Source: the human T2T-CHM13v2.0 reference genome, Homo sapiens. Taken from it: a stretch of DNA of 64,000 nucleotides. The notes under the pieces are model-generated. The model had not been told where the DNA came from. It saw only the letters and a list, made by a program, of their open reading frames with translations, and searched no databases. This document shows, piece after piece, positions 47,878-62,194 of the stretch. Numbering within the stretch: the first letter of the stretch is position 1; the number at the start of each line of letters is the position of its first letter. Made by a program: the position numbers and the translations under genes. Location: NCBI RefSeq assembly GCF_009914755.1, contig NC_060930.1; one strand, given 5' to 3'.

Positions 47878-50417
47878 GATCCCTTAACTGATTTTTCTAC
47901 TCAAAGTCTCTTCTCCCTCCGATTATTCTACATCACTATCATATTAATCTTTCTGAAATAGAACTCTAATTATATAAATTCCTTATGAAAATCTTTGAAT
48001 ATTTCCCTGTTATCTTCACTGGCTTTCAAGACCATCACAGTGTGCATCTCAACTTCCTTTTAAAACACCCACGGTTTCCCTACGTGTACACACACACTTT
48101 CTAACACGTTCGCTTTTCTGTTCCTATGATTCTAAGATGCTCTCTGCTAGTCCTGTCTAAGTGCTACCTATTCTTAAGTAACAGTTCAAATGCCAGTATC
48201 TCTATGAGGCTTTTTCTGGATCTCTGCAAAAAAAAAGGGACAAGAAACACCTTCCTCCCAAAGGAACAAAGAATGGCAATTACTTATAAGTAAGCCAGAT
48301 TTTAGCAATTGGACCATTTTTGTCTTAAATATAACTAACCTGTCTCTATAGCTTACAAGGTATTCATAAATTCTTCAAACAAAAGAAATTTATCATAAAG
48401 GATACAGGTAAAAGTTCTGTGAAATTGTTTAAAAAATAACTAAATAAATGAATTCCCAAATGATTTTGAGTCTTTATTGTAGTTCTTATCACACTTTGCA
48501 GTGGCCATTTCTAGCACTTTTCAGGCAATAAATGGTCTTCTTTCACTTCCATATTATTGAAAATTCTTTTGCATAATGCCTAGCAAATATCTTAATGTTG
48601 AATATCTGAATGAATGAATGAATGAATGAACGAATGAAATTAAGGTTGCATTTTATTTTAAAACTACCGTTTTTTTCTTCAGAAATCACAACGAGGCAAA
48701 TGTTGCCAATAAAATAGTTATTAAGTTAAAAAACATAAATATCTGAGAAATGAACTGAGAAAAGGAGAAATCCTTACAGGACATGAATGGTACAGGAGAA
48801 TAGTACATATCAAAGGGTGAACTCTGGGTCACAGCTTGTGGGATCAGGCAAGAACATGTCTAGTCATAGTCTTTCAAATAATCTTATTAAAAATTATTTT
48901 TTCTAAGATCCACTTTTACTCTTTTCTCTGACTAATTTTATTTAGCTTTCAAGCATTTCTTTGTGGCTTCAGTTTTGACTTCAGTTTTTAAACAATTTAA
49001 ACAAATAAAAATTACATTACAGAATTGTTACTTTTAAACTCTTACTTTCCACGGGGACTGTTATTGTAAAATCTGTTCTTATTCTTTTAATTTAACTCCA
49101 TTATTTTGTTTTAAATGTAATGATTGTTCATTATATTTTTCTCCAACTGCTTTAAAAGCACCAATCCTTCTTTGCTGTATATGTATCAAAGTCCATAAAT
49201 ATTCTTTGACATTATCCTAGCCTTGAATAATAAAAGGAAAAAAACCTCTCACAACTTTTTATTCTACAAAATAATATTAAAATATGCCCCTATTTTTACT
49301 GTAAATGTAATCTTCACAGCAACAGTCAAGAGAACAAGACTGAGTCATTCTTCATCACACATTGCAAGGGCTATGTCTCCTCTGTTGTGAGGAGAATATT
49401 GCCCTGCAGCAATATTCTCACAAGTGGAGCTCTGGGTCATTGACTGCACTTTTGCTAATAAGAAATCTTCAGTAGGAGTGACTGGGCCTTGTGCAAATCT
49501 CTCCAGTAGTTTCTTCCACTAGTGACGCATTAGAGCCTCAGAATCAATCACTCAACAAGTGTTTACTGAAAGCTTACTGATACCCAGACCTTAAACTGTT
49601 ACCAAACAGAATGCCAGATATGGGATATAATTCCAGCCTGAAGAGTTTATGCTCAAGACAAGACTTACATATATTACAGAGAAGCGTAACAGAGCAAATG
49701 ATTAAGTTCTAAGTTTCACTGTACACCCTAAAAAAAAGGAGAAATTGATATGGAACATGAATAGTATAGGAAAATGGTCCTTAGGAAGGCCAGACATGAG
49801 AGGGTGAGCTCTAGGTGACCACCTGTAGGATCAGGAAAGAACATATCTAGTCCTGGAGTTAAGATTTCTATTTTTTCTAGATTTATAGAGGTATAATTGA
49901 CAATTAAAAATTGTGTATATTCTAGATATGCATGACGATTTAATATACATATACATTGTGAAATGATTACCACAACCAAATTAATTAATATGTGTATCAC
50001 CTCACATAGTTATCACTTTGTGTGTGCGTGTTTGTTTATGCATGGAGGACATTTAAGATCTGTGTTTGGAAAATTCCAAATAAACAGTACAATATTATTA
50101 ACTATAGTTACTATTCTGTACATTAGATCCCTAGAACTTATTCATCTTATAACTGAAACTGTGTACCCTTTGACCCAAACCTCTCATTTACCCCAATTCC
50201 TGGCAACCACCATTCATTCCACCATTCTACTCTCTGCTTCTATGAGTTCAACTTTTTAGATTCCACATGTGAGTGAGATCATACTGTATTTGTTTTTCTA
50301 TGTGTGGCTTATCTCACCTAGCACAATGCCCTTCAGGCTTATCCATGTCATTGCAAATAGCAGGATTTCCTTCTCTTTTATGGCTGAATAATATTCCTCT
50401 ATCTCCCTCTCTCCCTC

Positions 50418-50423
<6 letters not shown>

Positions 50424-50459
<36 letters not shown>

Positions 50460-50481
50460 TGTGTGTCTGTGTATGTGTGTA
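50424..50481. repeat. (TG)n microsatellite
   Basis: Directly visible. Confidence 0.95.
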
Positions 50482-51686
50482 TACTATATTTACTTTATCC
50501 ATTCATTCACTGATGGATACTTAGGCCATTTATTTATCTTGACTGTTGTGAATGATGCTGCTATGAACATGTGGATGCAGATATCTCCTTGAGATACTGA
50601 TATCACCTTTTAAAATATATAGCTAGAAATGGGATTGCTGGGTCATATTGTAGTACTATTTTCATTTTTGGAAGAATCTCTATGCTTAATGCTGTTTTCC
50701 ATAGTGGCTATGCCTATTTACATTCCCACCAAAAGTGTAGAAGGGTTTCTTTTTCTCTGTTTCCTCACCAACATGTGTTATCTTTTGTCTTTTATATAAT
50801 AGCCATGCTAATAGGTATGAGGTGATATCTCACTGTGGTTTTGATTTGTATTTCCCTGATGATTAATGATGTTGAACACTTTTTAATATACCTGTTGGCC
50901 ATTTGTATGTCTCTTTTTGGAAACATGTCTATTTTTTAGATATGTTTAGGTCCTTTGTCCATTTTGAAATTGGCTTATTTTGTGTTTTCTTGCTATTGAG
51001 TTGTATGAATTCCTTATATATTTTGAATATTAACTCCTGATCATATATATGGTTTGCCAATATATTATCCCATACCACAACTTGCCTTTTTATTTTGTTG
51101 ATTGTATCCTCTGCTGTAGAAGTTTTTAGTTTGCTGCAGTTACACTTCTTTGTTTTTGCTTTCATTGCCTGTGCTTCGGGTGTCGTACCCCAAAAATCAT
51201 GACCAAGACTGATGGCAAGGAGCCTTTTCTTTATATTTATTTTAGAAGCTTTATGGTTTCAGGTCATACATTTCAGTCTTGAATCCATTTTCAGTTGATT
51301 TTTGTATATGGAATAAGATAAACATCCAAAATCATTCTTTTGCATGTGGATATCTAGTTTCCCCAATACAGTTTATTGAAAAGACTATTTGTTCCCCATT
51401 GTGTAGTTTTAATGGCCTAGTCAAAGATTAGTTGGCCATATATTTGTGGGTTTATTTCTGGGCTATTCCGTTTCATTGGTCTATATGTCTGTTTTTATAG
51501 CACTATCACACTGTTTTGATTACCATGGCTTTGTATATAGTTTGAAATCAGGACCCATGGTGCTTCTGGCTTTGTCCTTCTTTCTTAAGATTGCTTTGGA
51601 TATTTTGGGTCATTTGTGATTTCATATGAATTTTAATTATTAAAATTCTTATTCTTTTTTTTAGAACTGTTTTTTCTACATTTTCT

Positions 51687-52001
51687 TTCTTTTTTTCTTT
51701 CTTTTTTTTCTGAGGTGGAATTTCCCTCTTTTCGCTCAAGGTGGAGTGCAATGGTGCAATCTCAGCTCACTGCAACCTCCGTCTCCTGGGTTCAAGTGAT
51801 TCTCCTGCCTCAGCCTCCTGAGTAGCTGAGATTACAGGTGCACACCACCATGCCCAGCCAATTTTATTTTTTGTATTTCTTAGTAGAGATGGGGTTTTGC
51901 TATGTTGGACAGGCTGGTCTCAAACTCCTGACCTCAGGTAATCTGCCCACCTCAGCCTCCCAAAGTGCTGGGATTACAGGCATAAGCCACTACACCCGGC
52001 C
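51687..52001 (-). mobile_element. AluSq/Sp-like nested in L1MA
   Basis: Antisense Alu. 17-bp TSD TTTTTTCTACATTTTCT (51670-51686, 52003-52019). Confidence 0.9.
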
Positions 52002-52261
52002 ATTTTTTCTACATTTTCTAAAAAATTGCCATTGAAATGTTGAGTGACTGCATTGACTCTGTAGATCATTTTGGGTAATGTGGACATTTTAACAATATTA
52101 GTTCTTCCAATTCATGAACACAGAAAGTCTTTCCATTTATTTGTGTTGTCTTCCATTTCTTTCTTCAATGTCTTATAGTTTTCAGTGTACAGATCTTTCA
52201 CCTCCTTGGTTAAATTTATTCGTATATATTTCATTATTTTTGACGCTATTGCTTTGGTTTC

Positions 52262-52765
52262 TTATTATTATTATACTTTGAGTTCTAGGGTACTTGTGCA
52301 CAATGTGCAGGTTTGTTACATAGGTATACATGTGCCATGTTGGTTTGCCGCACCCGTCAACTCATCATTTACATTAGGTATTTATCCTAATGCTATCCCT
52401 CCCCCAGCCCCACACCCCCCCCAACAGACCCCAATGTGTAATGTTCCCCTCCCTGTGTCCATGTGTTCTCATTGTTCAACTCCCACTTATGAGTGAGAAC
52501 ACACACTGTTTGGTTTTCTGTCCTTGTGATATTTTGCTGAGAATGTTGGTTTCCAGCTTCATCCATGTCCCTGCAAAGGACATAAACTCATCTTTTTTAT
52601 GACTCTGTAGTATTCCATGGTGTATATGTGCCACATTTTCTTTATCCAGTCTATTATTGATGGACATTTGGGTTGGTTCCAAGTCTTTGCTATTGTGAAT
52701 AGTGCTGCAGTAAACATACATGTACATGTGTCTTTATAGTAGCATGATTTATAATCCTTTGGGTA
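52262..52765 (-). mobile_element. Short 5'-truncated L1PA (about PA6-8) 3' end nested in L1MA
   Basis: tatactttgagttctagggtac...tgcaggtttgttacataggtatac, an older L1PA-type 3'UTR. Confidence 0.85.
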
Positions 52766-53046
52766 CTTAATTCTTTTTTGGATAATTTGTTGTTAATATA
52801 GATGCACGACTGATTTTCATATGTTGATTTCATATCCTGCAACTTTATTGAATTTCTTTATTAGCTTCTAATAGCACTTTAGATGGAGTTTAGGGTTTCC
52901 TTCATATAAGATCATGTCATCTGCAAACAGAGACAATTTACCTTCTTCCTTTCCAATTTAGATGAATGTTATATCTTTTTCTTGCCGAATTGCTCTGACT
53001 AGGACTCATAGTACTATGTTGATTGGGAGTGGTAAGACTGGGCACC

Positions 53047-53432
53047 TGATAAGGTTAGGCTTTATGTCCCCACCCAAATCTCATCTTCAGTTGTAACCCT
53101 CATCATCCCCATAATCCCCAAATGTCAAAGGAAACCAGATGAAGGTAATTGAATCATGGAGGCCAGTTTCCCCGATGCTTTTCTTGTGATAGTGAGTGAG
53201 TTCTCATGAGCTCTGATAGTTTTATAAGGGGCTCTTCCCCCTTCGCTTGGCACTTCTTCTTCCTGCTGCCTTGTGAGGAAGGTACCTTGCTTCCCCTTGG
53301 CCTTCTGCCACGGTTGTAAGCTTCCTGAGGTCTCCCCAGCCGTGCTGAACTGTGATTCAATTAAAACTTTTTCCTTTATAAATCACCCAGTTTCGGGCAG
53401 TTCTTTATAGCCTTGTGAAAACGACTAATACA
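53047..53432 (+). mobile_element. THE1D-like MaLR solo LTR nested in L1MA
   Basis: TGATAAGGTT...CTAATACA termini. Perfect 5-bp TSD GCACC (53042-53046, 53433-53437). Confidence 0.9.
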
Positions 53433-53661
53433 GCACCCTTATCTTATTCCTAATCTCAGAAAAGCTTTCAACTTTTCACTATTCAGTATGACATCAGCTG
53501 TAGACTTGTCATATATGTCCTTTATTATGTTCAGATACATTTTTCTATACCTAATTTGTTGGGAGCTTTTATCATGACAGGATGTTGAATTTTTTCAAAT
53601 GCTTTTTCTACATCTGAGATGATAATATGATTTTTATTCTTTATTCTGTGAAAGTGGTATA

Positions 53662-54350
53662 CAGTAGTCCCCCTTTATGCATGGGGGATACATTCCAGGA
53701 CCCCCAGAGTATGTCTGAAACTGCAGATTGTACTGACACCTACATATAGTATGCTTTTTATTCTATGTATATACCTATGAAAAAGTTTAATTTATGTTAG
53801 GCACAGCAAGAGATTAACAACAATAGAGCAATTATAACAATTTACTATAATAAGAGTTATGTGAATGTTGTCTCTCTCACTCCCCCTCAAAATATCTTAT
53901 TGTATTATACTCATCTTTCTCCTTGTGATGATGTGAGATGATAAAAGGCCACCATGATTAGATGAAATATGGTGAACGACATAGGCATTGTAACATAAAG
54001 TTAGGTTATTATTGATTTTCTGATGATGCATCAGAAGGAAGACCATCTGCTTTGAGCGACCCTTGATTATTGAGCTATGACAATGTTGATGGTTGGATGC
54101 CAGGTGCATATGATATCAATGTCCAACAGGTCGGTTGTGATACAGTTTGGATACCCTAGAAAAAGGAATGGTTCATCTCCTGGGTGGGAGGAAACAGGAC
54201 AGTGTAAGATTTAATCCTGCTACTCAAAATGCACAATTCAAAACTTATGAATTGTTTTTCTGAAATTTTCCACTTAATATTTTCAGACCATGATTGAGTA
54301 CAGGTAACTGAAACCATGGAAAGTGAAACAAAGCATAAGTGAGAATACTA
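53662..54350 (-). mobile_element. MER44 (Tigger7-derived) DNA transposon nested in L1MA
   Basis: TA-flanked CAGTAGTCCCCC TIR; other end ggtaactgaaaccatggaaagtgaaac...tacta|TA. Confidence 0.78.
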
Positions 54351-55299
54351 TATCACATTTATCGACTCATGTATGTTGAATTATCCATTTATTCCAAGGA
54401 TAAATCCCTCTTAATCATGGTGAATGTTCCTTTTGATATGCCGTTGAATTTGATTTGCTAGTATTTTTTTGAGGATTTTTATATCTGTGTTCTTCAGAGA
54501 TATTGGCCTGTAATTTTCTTTATTTGTAGTGTCCTTATCTGGGTTAGCATTGTATAATAGTTACCTCATATAATGAGATTGGAAGTGTTCCCTCCAAGTG
54601 TCTGGTCTTGAACTTTTCTTTATTGGGAGATTTTTTTTTCTGATTTATTCTCCTTACTCATTATCAGGTACTCATTACCCAAATTTGTTCAGATTTTCTA
54701 TTTCTTCATCATTCAGTCTTGGTCGATTCTATGTGTCTAGCCTTTATCAACTTCTTGTAGGTTATTGTATTTATTGGTGTATAATTGTTCATAGCAGTCT
54801 CTATGATCCTTTTTTATTTCTGTTGCAATGTCTCCTCTTTAATTTATAATTTTATTTAGTTGAATCCTCATTCCTTTTTTCTTAGTTTGGCTGAAGGTTT
54901 GTCAATTTTGTTTATCTTTAAAAAAACAATTCTTACTTATATTGATCTTTTCTATTCTCTTTCTAGTCACAATTTCATTTATTTATGCTCTAATATGTAT
55001 TATTCCCTTCCCTTTTCTATCTTTGTCTTAGTTTTTTTTTTCCTATTTCCTTGAGGTATAAAGTTAAGTTGTTCATTTTAGATCTTTTTTTTTAATATAG
55101 GCATTTATCAATGTAAACTTCTCTCTTAGAACGTCTTTTGCTGCATCCCAGAAGTTTTGGTGTGTTGTATTGTTATTTTCATTTGTCTCAAGATACTTTT
55201 GATTTCTCTTTGGATTTCTTCTTTGACCCATTGGTCATTTTGGAGTGTGTTGCTTACTTTCCATATATCTGTGCTGGGATTAATATTTCTGACTTTTTA

Positions 55300-55520
55300 G
55301 CCAGGCTGCCTGTATTCTAATTACAACTTCACCACTTACAAGGTATTTAGCTTTAGGTAAGCCATTTAAACTCTCAGTGCCTCAGTCCCCTTATCTGTAA
55401 AAATGAGTAATACAGTGATATTAATAATAATAATGAGAGTATCTACCTCCCTGACTGATTGTGAAGATGAAATGAAATAGTCAGTAGAAAGTAGTTAGAA
55501 TAGTTCACAGCATACAGTAT
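55300..55520 (+). mobile_element. MIR
   Basis: aaactctcagtgcctcagtccccttatctgtaaaaatgag MIR core. Confidence 0.65.
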
Positions 55521-57763
55521 TTATTATTTTTATGATTAACTAATGTTTTATGAGGTCCTTAGAGTGCTAGACACTGTTTGCATGAATTATTTTATATGAT
55601 CTCACCACAACCTTATAAAAAAGTTTTTATTGTCCGATGTTTTAGACGGCGTAGTTATAGGAGTTAGTTTCAGCCACCAGTTGTATATAGAGAAGCTGCT
55701 AGGCAAACATAAGATTTTTTTAAATCTAGCACAAGGACCTGAACTTTACCACATCTGTCTCCCCTGTTGACTATCAATTCAATGCCTAGGTCCCATGAGG
55801 GAAGGGTCAAAGCATTTGATGTTAAAATGTACTTCTCAGAGGATGTCCTTCGGAGAAGTATTCTTTCTCTTACTTATGTTTTGTTAATTTTTGCTTGGTT
55901 TTGATTGTAGACATCAGTTTGTAATCAGAAATGAAGGGAAGGTCCTGGGAGTACCAACATTTAAGAGTGACCAAAAGAATGGAAGCCAGCAAAAGGGATA
56001 GAATTCTATCATCTTGACTCCCAAACCTACTCCATGTTGATAGTCTTAATCTTAGTTAATGATCCCTGCTGCTTGATCCAAAAACCTAACAATGACTTCA
56101 CTCATTTCCCTCCTTCTGCACTGTTGTTACCTCTTCAGGGACAAAATTTCAATACTTTCCACTTAGACTTTCACTACTGACTTCTAACTCATCTTTTTGC
56201 TTTCTCTTATTTGGAACAGTTATTCAGCTTACCCTAAGTCCAGAGTGAATTTCCAAAAAATCAAAGGTTCTGCAACTTTTCATTTCTCTTCAATTCCAAC
56301 TCAGGTTCACACGTTTATCACCTAGTGTAGAAGGGCTTTCCTCCACAGTTTTGCTTGGCAAACTCCTTTTCATCCTTCAAGACTCAACAAAATTGTTGCC
56401 TTTTCATGAAAAAGGATACTCTTCCATCCTTCTGATATTAATAATTTTTTGTTCTTGTGTCCATGATAGACTTTGTCATAATGTATTACAGTTTATCCTG
56501 GAGGAAAGCACCACAAGACCAAGAGTTTCCTTTTTTTTTTTCATCCCAATGCTTGATACATAGTAGCCATTTGATAAGTACATGTTGAATGAAAGCATGA
56601 ATTTATAACATATATACCTTCACCTGACTTGGAGTTTCATAAGGAATGCAACAGCTTCCAATTCATTTACTTTCTTTTTGCTTAACAAAGTATCTGACAC
56701 ATAGTACAAAAGTTAAATATTATAAATAAAAGATTAATTGCACAGATATTTTTAAAGGAGACAGAAAAGATTTGAATATCCAGGAATTCCACCCAACGAT
56801 GAAAGACCTATAGGCGGTTACAAGTAGGTAAGCAGAGTCCAAAATGTAGGGTCATTTTCAATGGCAGAGAGGAATAGGAGAGTCAATAAGAAGCAAATGC
56901 TCAAGGAGCTTGAGTAGAGACGGGAATAGGCATCTCTTTATTATCTTATTGGCTGATTTATACTTCTTGTAAAATAATTAGCTTAAGCTAATTATCTAAG
57001 AAACAAGAATCTCTCCTAGGCAGATTCAGTTGCCTTTCCTGGTTCTCCCTGAGTGCTCTGAGTAAGCCCCACCATTGCCTTCTAGAAAAACTTTCTTTCT
57101 TCTTTCTTGCCCACTCCCATCTGATCCCTTCACGGCATCCAGAATGATGATCCAAAAGTTTGGGTCCAAATGTGATGCAAAAGTTTACAGTGGTCTACCA
57201 TGGTTCCTTTACAAAAAAAGACCAAAAATGTTCTGCCATTCTTGCTCATCATGATTTTGCCTCAGTTTTTCAAGTTATGTTTTGTTCATAATGGATTTTT
57301 TTTTTGTTTGTTTTCTGAATGTGTTCTGTTCCTTCTACTGCCTTAAAAAGCCCTCATCACTGAGTCTTCCTACTACTTCCCTCACCTCCACTTACCCTAC
57401 TGAATTTTCAAACTGCAAGTCAAATATTACTTCCTTAGGGGAATCTCATCAGACTGTCTCCCTAGACCACCACACCCCACCCAACAACTAGATCACATCC
57501 CTTTATTAGGGGTACTATGTTTTCAGTATAATTGCAATTATAATTATTGACCCATTGAATGAGTTGATTCATGTCCCTTCCTTCTTTATTATAAGCTTTA
57601 AGAGGGCAAAAACTATTTCTGTTTTTCTTACCATCTTTCCCTCTTTAGTGCTTCCACATTGTCTGGTACATTGCAGACATCTAATAAATATTTGTCGGAA
57701 GGAATAAATATTAGTGAGAGAATAAATGGGTAATGCATTCATGAGTGAATAAAGATTATATCA

Positions 57764-58192
<429 letters not shown>

Positions 58193-60348
58193 TTAATTAT
58201 GAATGAGAAGAGATGTATAGCATTTGTAGGGGTACAGAACCATGTATTCCATAAAGGAAGAAGTTAAGAGCAATGATGTGGAATAAGCATGGGGCTTTTA
58301 AGAACTTGTCTGAAAAGAGGATATTCTTTGGTCAATAGTTGAAAAAATAAAATAAGGCTTGCTGGAGTGGAGCAAGTCAATGGAAAGCCTTCACAGTTAG
58401 GTGGAGCATTTACACTAAATGACTTTATTTCGAACATTCAACAAACACTGACTGATTGTCTATTGGTTACCCGCCATATAATGTTAGGTGCTGGGGAAAT
58501 AGAAGTAAGTAGAATGAGGTGGGGGAGGTTCACTGTGGCTCTTGGAAAGGAAAATACATAATCAAAGTTTGTGTTAGAAGGGTCAATCTGAAGGCTTTTG
58601 AAAAATGGATCTGGGATAGGGAGGATGTTTGTTGAATGAATGAATCAATCAATCCAATTAATTCAATAAACTAATCATGATTTTAGTGAGTATTCTATGA
58701 ACCCTCACTTAGTTTGATTACCTTGACTGTGACATTTAACTTTGTATTTCACTACTTCTTTGCTTCTCTTACATTCAGTTAAAAATATTTTTAAAATACA
58801 ATTTTCAAGGTTCAGAAACAAAAAAAATAAATGACATTCTGGAAAAAATAGATGTGCTCAGAACTAAAAAATAAAAATAATGGAGATGGTAAATATATAA
58901 GTGAGAAATATGATGATGATTTTCATTAACAAGATACACCATTAAATATATTCTCACGTGATCCAAAGTAATTTCGTTCTCTGTGCCCAGCGAGTTGGTA
59001 TCTACTGATGGTGGTTTTTCAAATGCACCGTGCAGTTAGACGTCATCACTGAGACCTCAATAATAGACCTCCATCACTGAGAAGTTCAGAGGTAGAAGAT
59101 GCAGGGGGACAATGTTGGCCTGCATTAATCTTAGCTTGAAAAGAGGATCTTTAGATAACACTATCTAAATTTAGCTGTGTTCAAAATGCTCCACCACAGA
59201 AGAGCAGCAAAAAGCAATCTCATTAAAACAAGCTCAGAAAACAATTCCAAGATATATGAGTAAAAGCAAACTAAACAACGGAAGCACAAATAGTATGACC
59301 TTCTCTTGACTTCTACTTGCACAGCTCTACTTATTCAAGCTCTGTTTCGGACATTAAGCTTTTTTCATAGCCATAACTTTCGTGTTTTTTCCATCATCCT
59401 GTCTATTATATTTCCCCTTTTATCTTTTATTGAGTTCTTTTAGGAGAAACTTGAAAAAAAAATCTCTATAAATGGAGGTTTTTTACTCAAGAGCTTTTAA
59501 AATAACAGTACATCACCAGATCATTTTTAAAAAGTGTTCTATTGTAGTTAAGTGAATATTTATTGAAATTTTTCTCGTCTTCCCATTGAAGACTACAGAA
59601 ATCTCTTTCTTCCAGTTGAGCTCAAAAGGAAAAGCAAAAAAAGATGGACAGAAGCCAGAAATGCTGAATAAATTAGTATCCTTTTTATTTACTTTTTAAA
59701 AACTATGAATTGGCTCATTTAAATAGATTCTAAAAGTATTTGTATGTGGGTCTGAACACTGTTGTCATGGAGATTAAAACATTTTTGTTGTTGTTGTGTA
59801 CAGTGGAGATGGCAGTTTTCTTCTAGTTGATGCTTCTGTAGAATAAAAAAAAAAGTTTAGCTGAGAAAGGTAGGTCTTAATGGAATTGTTAATATGTAGT
59901 CTTATTTTGGATGACATTTTAAAATCACTTACGTATTTAATCTGTGGATTGTAGAGCATGCTGGGAAGTTATCAATTCCATTGGTACCTGCCTCAGTTGC
60001 AGTTCAGCCTTAAGTACTTACCAAAGGGAGCTCATTTGGGGTGGCAGGGGTAACCGAAAAGTGTGGGAGCTGAGGTATTGTTTGAGAGCCTGTGGGCAGT
60101 GTGACTGCTCCAATCGTAGTTTCAGTGAGGAAGAGCACCATCTGTGCAAGATTTTCTCAGATGTCCTCTATAAGACTTTCATTGTCATCAGTTCTATGTG
60201 CTCTCAAATCATTGCTTTTTCTTCTTTATTTTGCACATAAGCTATAAGCTATTTTTTAAGACATATAGGTTTTATTTCTGTGTGATCAAAAACTATGTCT
60301 CGGGCAACTTCTACTTTTTGGAATTAACAATTATTTTCTTTGTGGTCT

Positions 60349-60452
60349 TGTGTGTGTGTGTATATATATAAACACATACGCACAAGAAGACTGTCTCTCT
60401 GTTTGTATATATACATACACGCACATATAAATACACAGAGAGAGTGTGTGTG

Positions 60453-60492
<40 letters not shown>
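60349..60492. repeat. Compound (TG)/(TA)/(CA)/(GA)n microsatellite at the tail of an Alu
   Basis: Directly visible; ends in a long (GA)n run abutting the Alu. Confidence 0.9.
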
Positions 60493-60497
<5 letters not shown>

Positions 60498-60778
60498 TCT
60501 TGCTCTGTTAACCAGCTGGGGTGCTGTGGTGCAATTATGGCTCACTGGAGCCTCCACCTCCCAGACTCAAGCAATTCTCATGCCTCAGCCTTCTGAGTGG
60601 CTGGGACTCCCAGCATTCACCACCACACCCAGTTAGTTATTGTACTTTTTTTTTTTTTGAAGAGACAGGGTTTTGCTGTGTTGCCCAAGCTGATCTTGAA
60701 CTCCTGGACCTCCAGCAATTCTCCTGGCTTGGCTTCTCAATATGCTGAAATTATAGGCGTAAGCCACCTTGCCTGACC
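60490..60778 (-). mobile_element. AluJ
   Basis: Highly diverged antisense Alu dimer. Confidence 0.85.
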
Positions 60779-61630
60779 ATCGTCCATATATTTTTGAAAA
60801 TGACCTAGGAACAATGAGACTTTTTGAAGTTTTTTCCGTTTGCTAACTTATCAGAGAAAACTAGTGGAAATAATATCAAAAAGAAATCATCAAATGCTAC
60901 CCATGGATAATGTACAAGAAAACTCAGCAAAATTATTTGGCACAGATGAAGAAGACAAGAAAAATGTCTGCTTTGTGAGAATACCATAGTAGGTCCTTCA
61001 GACAGGAGGTACTTTATTAAGAAGGAGCAATTCTCATTAATAAAGATTTAGAGAGATCACTTATAAGATGTATTTATGGCAGCAAGCTCATTTGGTACAT
61101 GTATGTATGAGGGAATCAAGATCTGAAAAGATTTTCATCGGTTAGAGTGATACGTCTGTTATGATGCAATTAATTGTGATATACTGTCTACTGGAGATTT
61201 GTTCTCCAAAACCTGACAATCTAGTACTTTGTAGGAACTAATGTGTATAATCTTAGGGGGCTTAGTGGACAGAAAGTTCATTAGCCGTTGGTACTGTGAT
61301 AGGGGAAAAAGCAAATGGGACCTTAAACAATATGAATAGACATGGTTTCTCAAAGAATAGTCTATGGTTCACCTGAGCACACATCACAAAGGATGCTGAC
61401 AATGCACAGTTAAGGTACCCCACCTAGATTAAATGAATTAATTTTGGACTTGGGTTTAGATATTTACATTTTTATCAGGACTTCTTATGTTCACCCCAAA
61501 GTTTGCAAAATGCTCATCTAAAATAAGAAAGATGATAGGCCTGATCCATCTTCTGTTTACTAGGTTAAATCTGGAAAATATAAACCTCAGGTGCCAGACT
61601 TCAGAGGCATATAGAAAAACAATTACTTTT

Positions 61631-62194
61631 TGCATTAGTCCATTCTTGCATTGCTAAAATCCTAAAGACTGGATAATTTCTAAAGAAAAGATGATTAAGG
61701 CGGGATGCAGTGGCTCACGCCTGTAATCCCAGGATTTTGGGAGGCCGAGGTGAGCAGACCACGATGTCAGGAGTTCAAGACCAGCCTGGCCAACATGGTG
61801 AAACCTCGTCTCTGCTAAAAGTAGAAAAAAAAAAAAAAGAAGAAAGAAAGAAAAGACGATTAAGTGGTTCTAGATTCTACAGGCTGTACAGGAAGCACAA
61901 CAGCATCTGCCTCTGGGGAGGCCTCAGGAAGCTTCCAATCATGGCAGAAGGTTAAGGAGGAGCAGGCATGCCACACTGCATAAACAGGAGCAAGAGAGAG
62001 TGGGAAGGTGCTACATACTTTAAAATGACCTCATGAGAACTCACTGTCATGAGGACAGTTCCAAGGGGGATGGTGCTAAACCACTTATGAGAAATCAGCC
62101 CCTATTCTCCAATCATCTCCCACCAGGCCCCTCCCCTAACATTGGAGATTACATTTCAATACGAGATTTGGGTAGGATCACACATCCTATATCA
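61631..62194 (-). mobile_element. MST(B)-like MaLR solo LTR interrupted by an Alu monomer
   Basis: TGCATTAGTCC...CTATATCA termini, perfect 5-bp TSD CTTTT, ggggaggcctcaggaagcttccaatcatggcagaagg core. Confidence 0.87.
61699..61846 (+). mobile_element. AluS left monomer only, with A tail and TSD
   Basis: Left arm ends at the linker and runs into poly(A). 17-bp TSD AAAGAAAAGAYGATTAA (61682-61698, 61847-61863). Confidence 0.88.

Larger units (their letters stand above)
49870..55270 (-). mobile_element. L1MA (8/9-like) element, ~3.5 kb of host sequence, with four nested insertions
   Basis: L1MA 3' end (gaggtataattgaca..., cattgtgaaatgattaccaca) and decayed ORF2 continuing between the inserts. Confidence 0.82.
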
